Assembly (NCBI RefSeq): GCF_000155895.1
Contig: NZ_DS995298.1
Location: forward strand, 660,001-692,000
Length of the DNA: 32,000 bases
Origin: Candidatus Pelagibacter sp. HTCC7211
GTDB taxonomy: Bacteria > Pseudomonadota > Alphaproteobacteria > Pelagibacterales > Pelagibacteraceae
Direction: 5' to 3'
Shown here: in pieces, positions 31,763-32,000 of the stretch
Numbering within the stretch: position 1 is the first letter of the stretch
How the letters are laid out: each line of letters starts with the position of its first letter
The notes under the pieces: model-generated
What the model saw: only the letters and a program-made list of their open reading frames with translations
Told to the model about the DNA's origin: nothing
Database searches by the model: none
Translations under genes and position numbers: made by a program

Positions 31763-32000
31763 AGATGTTAACAACCCATCTAGATCAGAATTAATAACTG
31801 ATTTTGTAAAAACGAACCCAAATTATTATATTGATCAATTTCAGAAAATAGGAAGCAAACCCACATTTTCTTTTTCATTTAACTTGTATGCTGCAATTCT
31901 TGGACCTATTTGGTTTGGGATGAGAAATATCTGGAATTGGGCATTAACTTTTTTAATTATTGAAACTTTTTCAGTTGTACAAATTATACGAGGTTTGTTT
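31752..32000 (+). CDS. Partial CDS (5' end only): membrane protein with DUF2628-like N-terminus, possibly an N-terminal extension of the ProW permease
   Basis: Frame open from the ATG at 31752 (or GTG at 31755), behind GGAGG, to the window edge. Translation: MVSKDVNNPSRSELITDFVKTNPNYYIDQFQKIGSKPTFSFSFNLYAAILGPIWFGMRNIWNWALTFLIIETFSVVQIIRGLF. Overlaps the proV stop by 11 nt. Not in the ORF track because it is open-ended. Confidence 0.55.
   Translation, partial: MVSKDVNNPSRSELITDFVKTNPNYYIDQFQKIGSKPTFSFSFNLYAAILGPIWFGMRNIWNWALTFLIIETFSVVQIIRGLF

Noticed and set aside
1-32000. I looked for CRISPR arrays, IS elements, transposases, integrases, phage genes, toxin-antitoxin pairs, restriction-modification or other known defence systems, rRNA/tRNA genes and long tandem or inverted repeats.
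   Set aside because: I recognised none. There are no spaced direct-repeat arrays, no DDE or tyrosine-recombinase-like ORFs, and no large nuclease, helicase or ATPase ORFs of unknown function. The window reads as core metabolic plus small accessory genes.

Overview
This window is very AT-rich (about 30% G+C by eye, not computed) and extremely gene-dense. It holds about 47 protein genes, mostly separated by 0-20 nt, with several TAATG/ATGA start-stop overlaps and few Shine-Dalgarno (SD) sites. I saw no rRNA, tRNA, CRISPR array, transposase or integrase. The style and gene content fit a streamlined marine alphaproteobacterium of the Pelagibacterales (SAR11) type: a TPP-riboswitch-controlled Na+/solute symporter resembling thiV, a bacterial alternative oxidase, proX-proV glycine-betaine uptake genes, PEP carboxylase, cysE-cysK and many small DUF proteins. 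The lineage call is inference. Modules in order: (1) minus-strand moaA-moaC-moaD-moaE-msrP-msrQ operon; (2) PhyH dioxygenase, GYD protein, then aldehyde dehydrogenase, FAH-family hydrolase, ppc, ccdA and azoR; (3) secreted pentapeptide-repeat protein plus a small partner ORF; (4) TPP riboswitch and thiV-like symporter, followed by an unusually long ORF-free, structured spacer; (5) HIBADH-family dehydrogenase, gamma-butyrobetaine-dioxygenase-like protein, IMPase-family protein, DUF924 and DUF952; (6) an 11-gene same-strand array of very small ORFs at 18.2-22.2 kb (ferredoxin-like alpha+beta proteins, two secreted proteins, cupin, NTF2-like, DsbA/HCCA-isomerase-like, SMR exporter, DUF2798), most with strong SD sites. 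This is my best candidate for an undescribed system; (7) cysE-cysK; (8) VOC, wHTH protein, aldehyde dehydrogenase, luciferase-like monooxygenase and alpha/beta hydrolase, a candidate catabolic module; (9) alternative oxidase; (10) proX, an intercistronic terminator-like hairpin, proV, and the start of a further membrane ORF. All family assignments come from reading motifs in the supplied translations. No database search was run.
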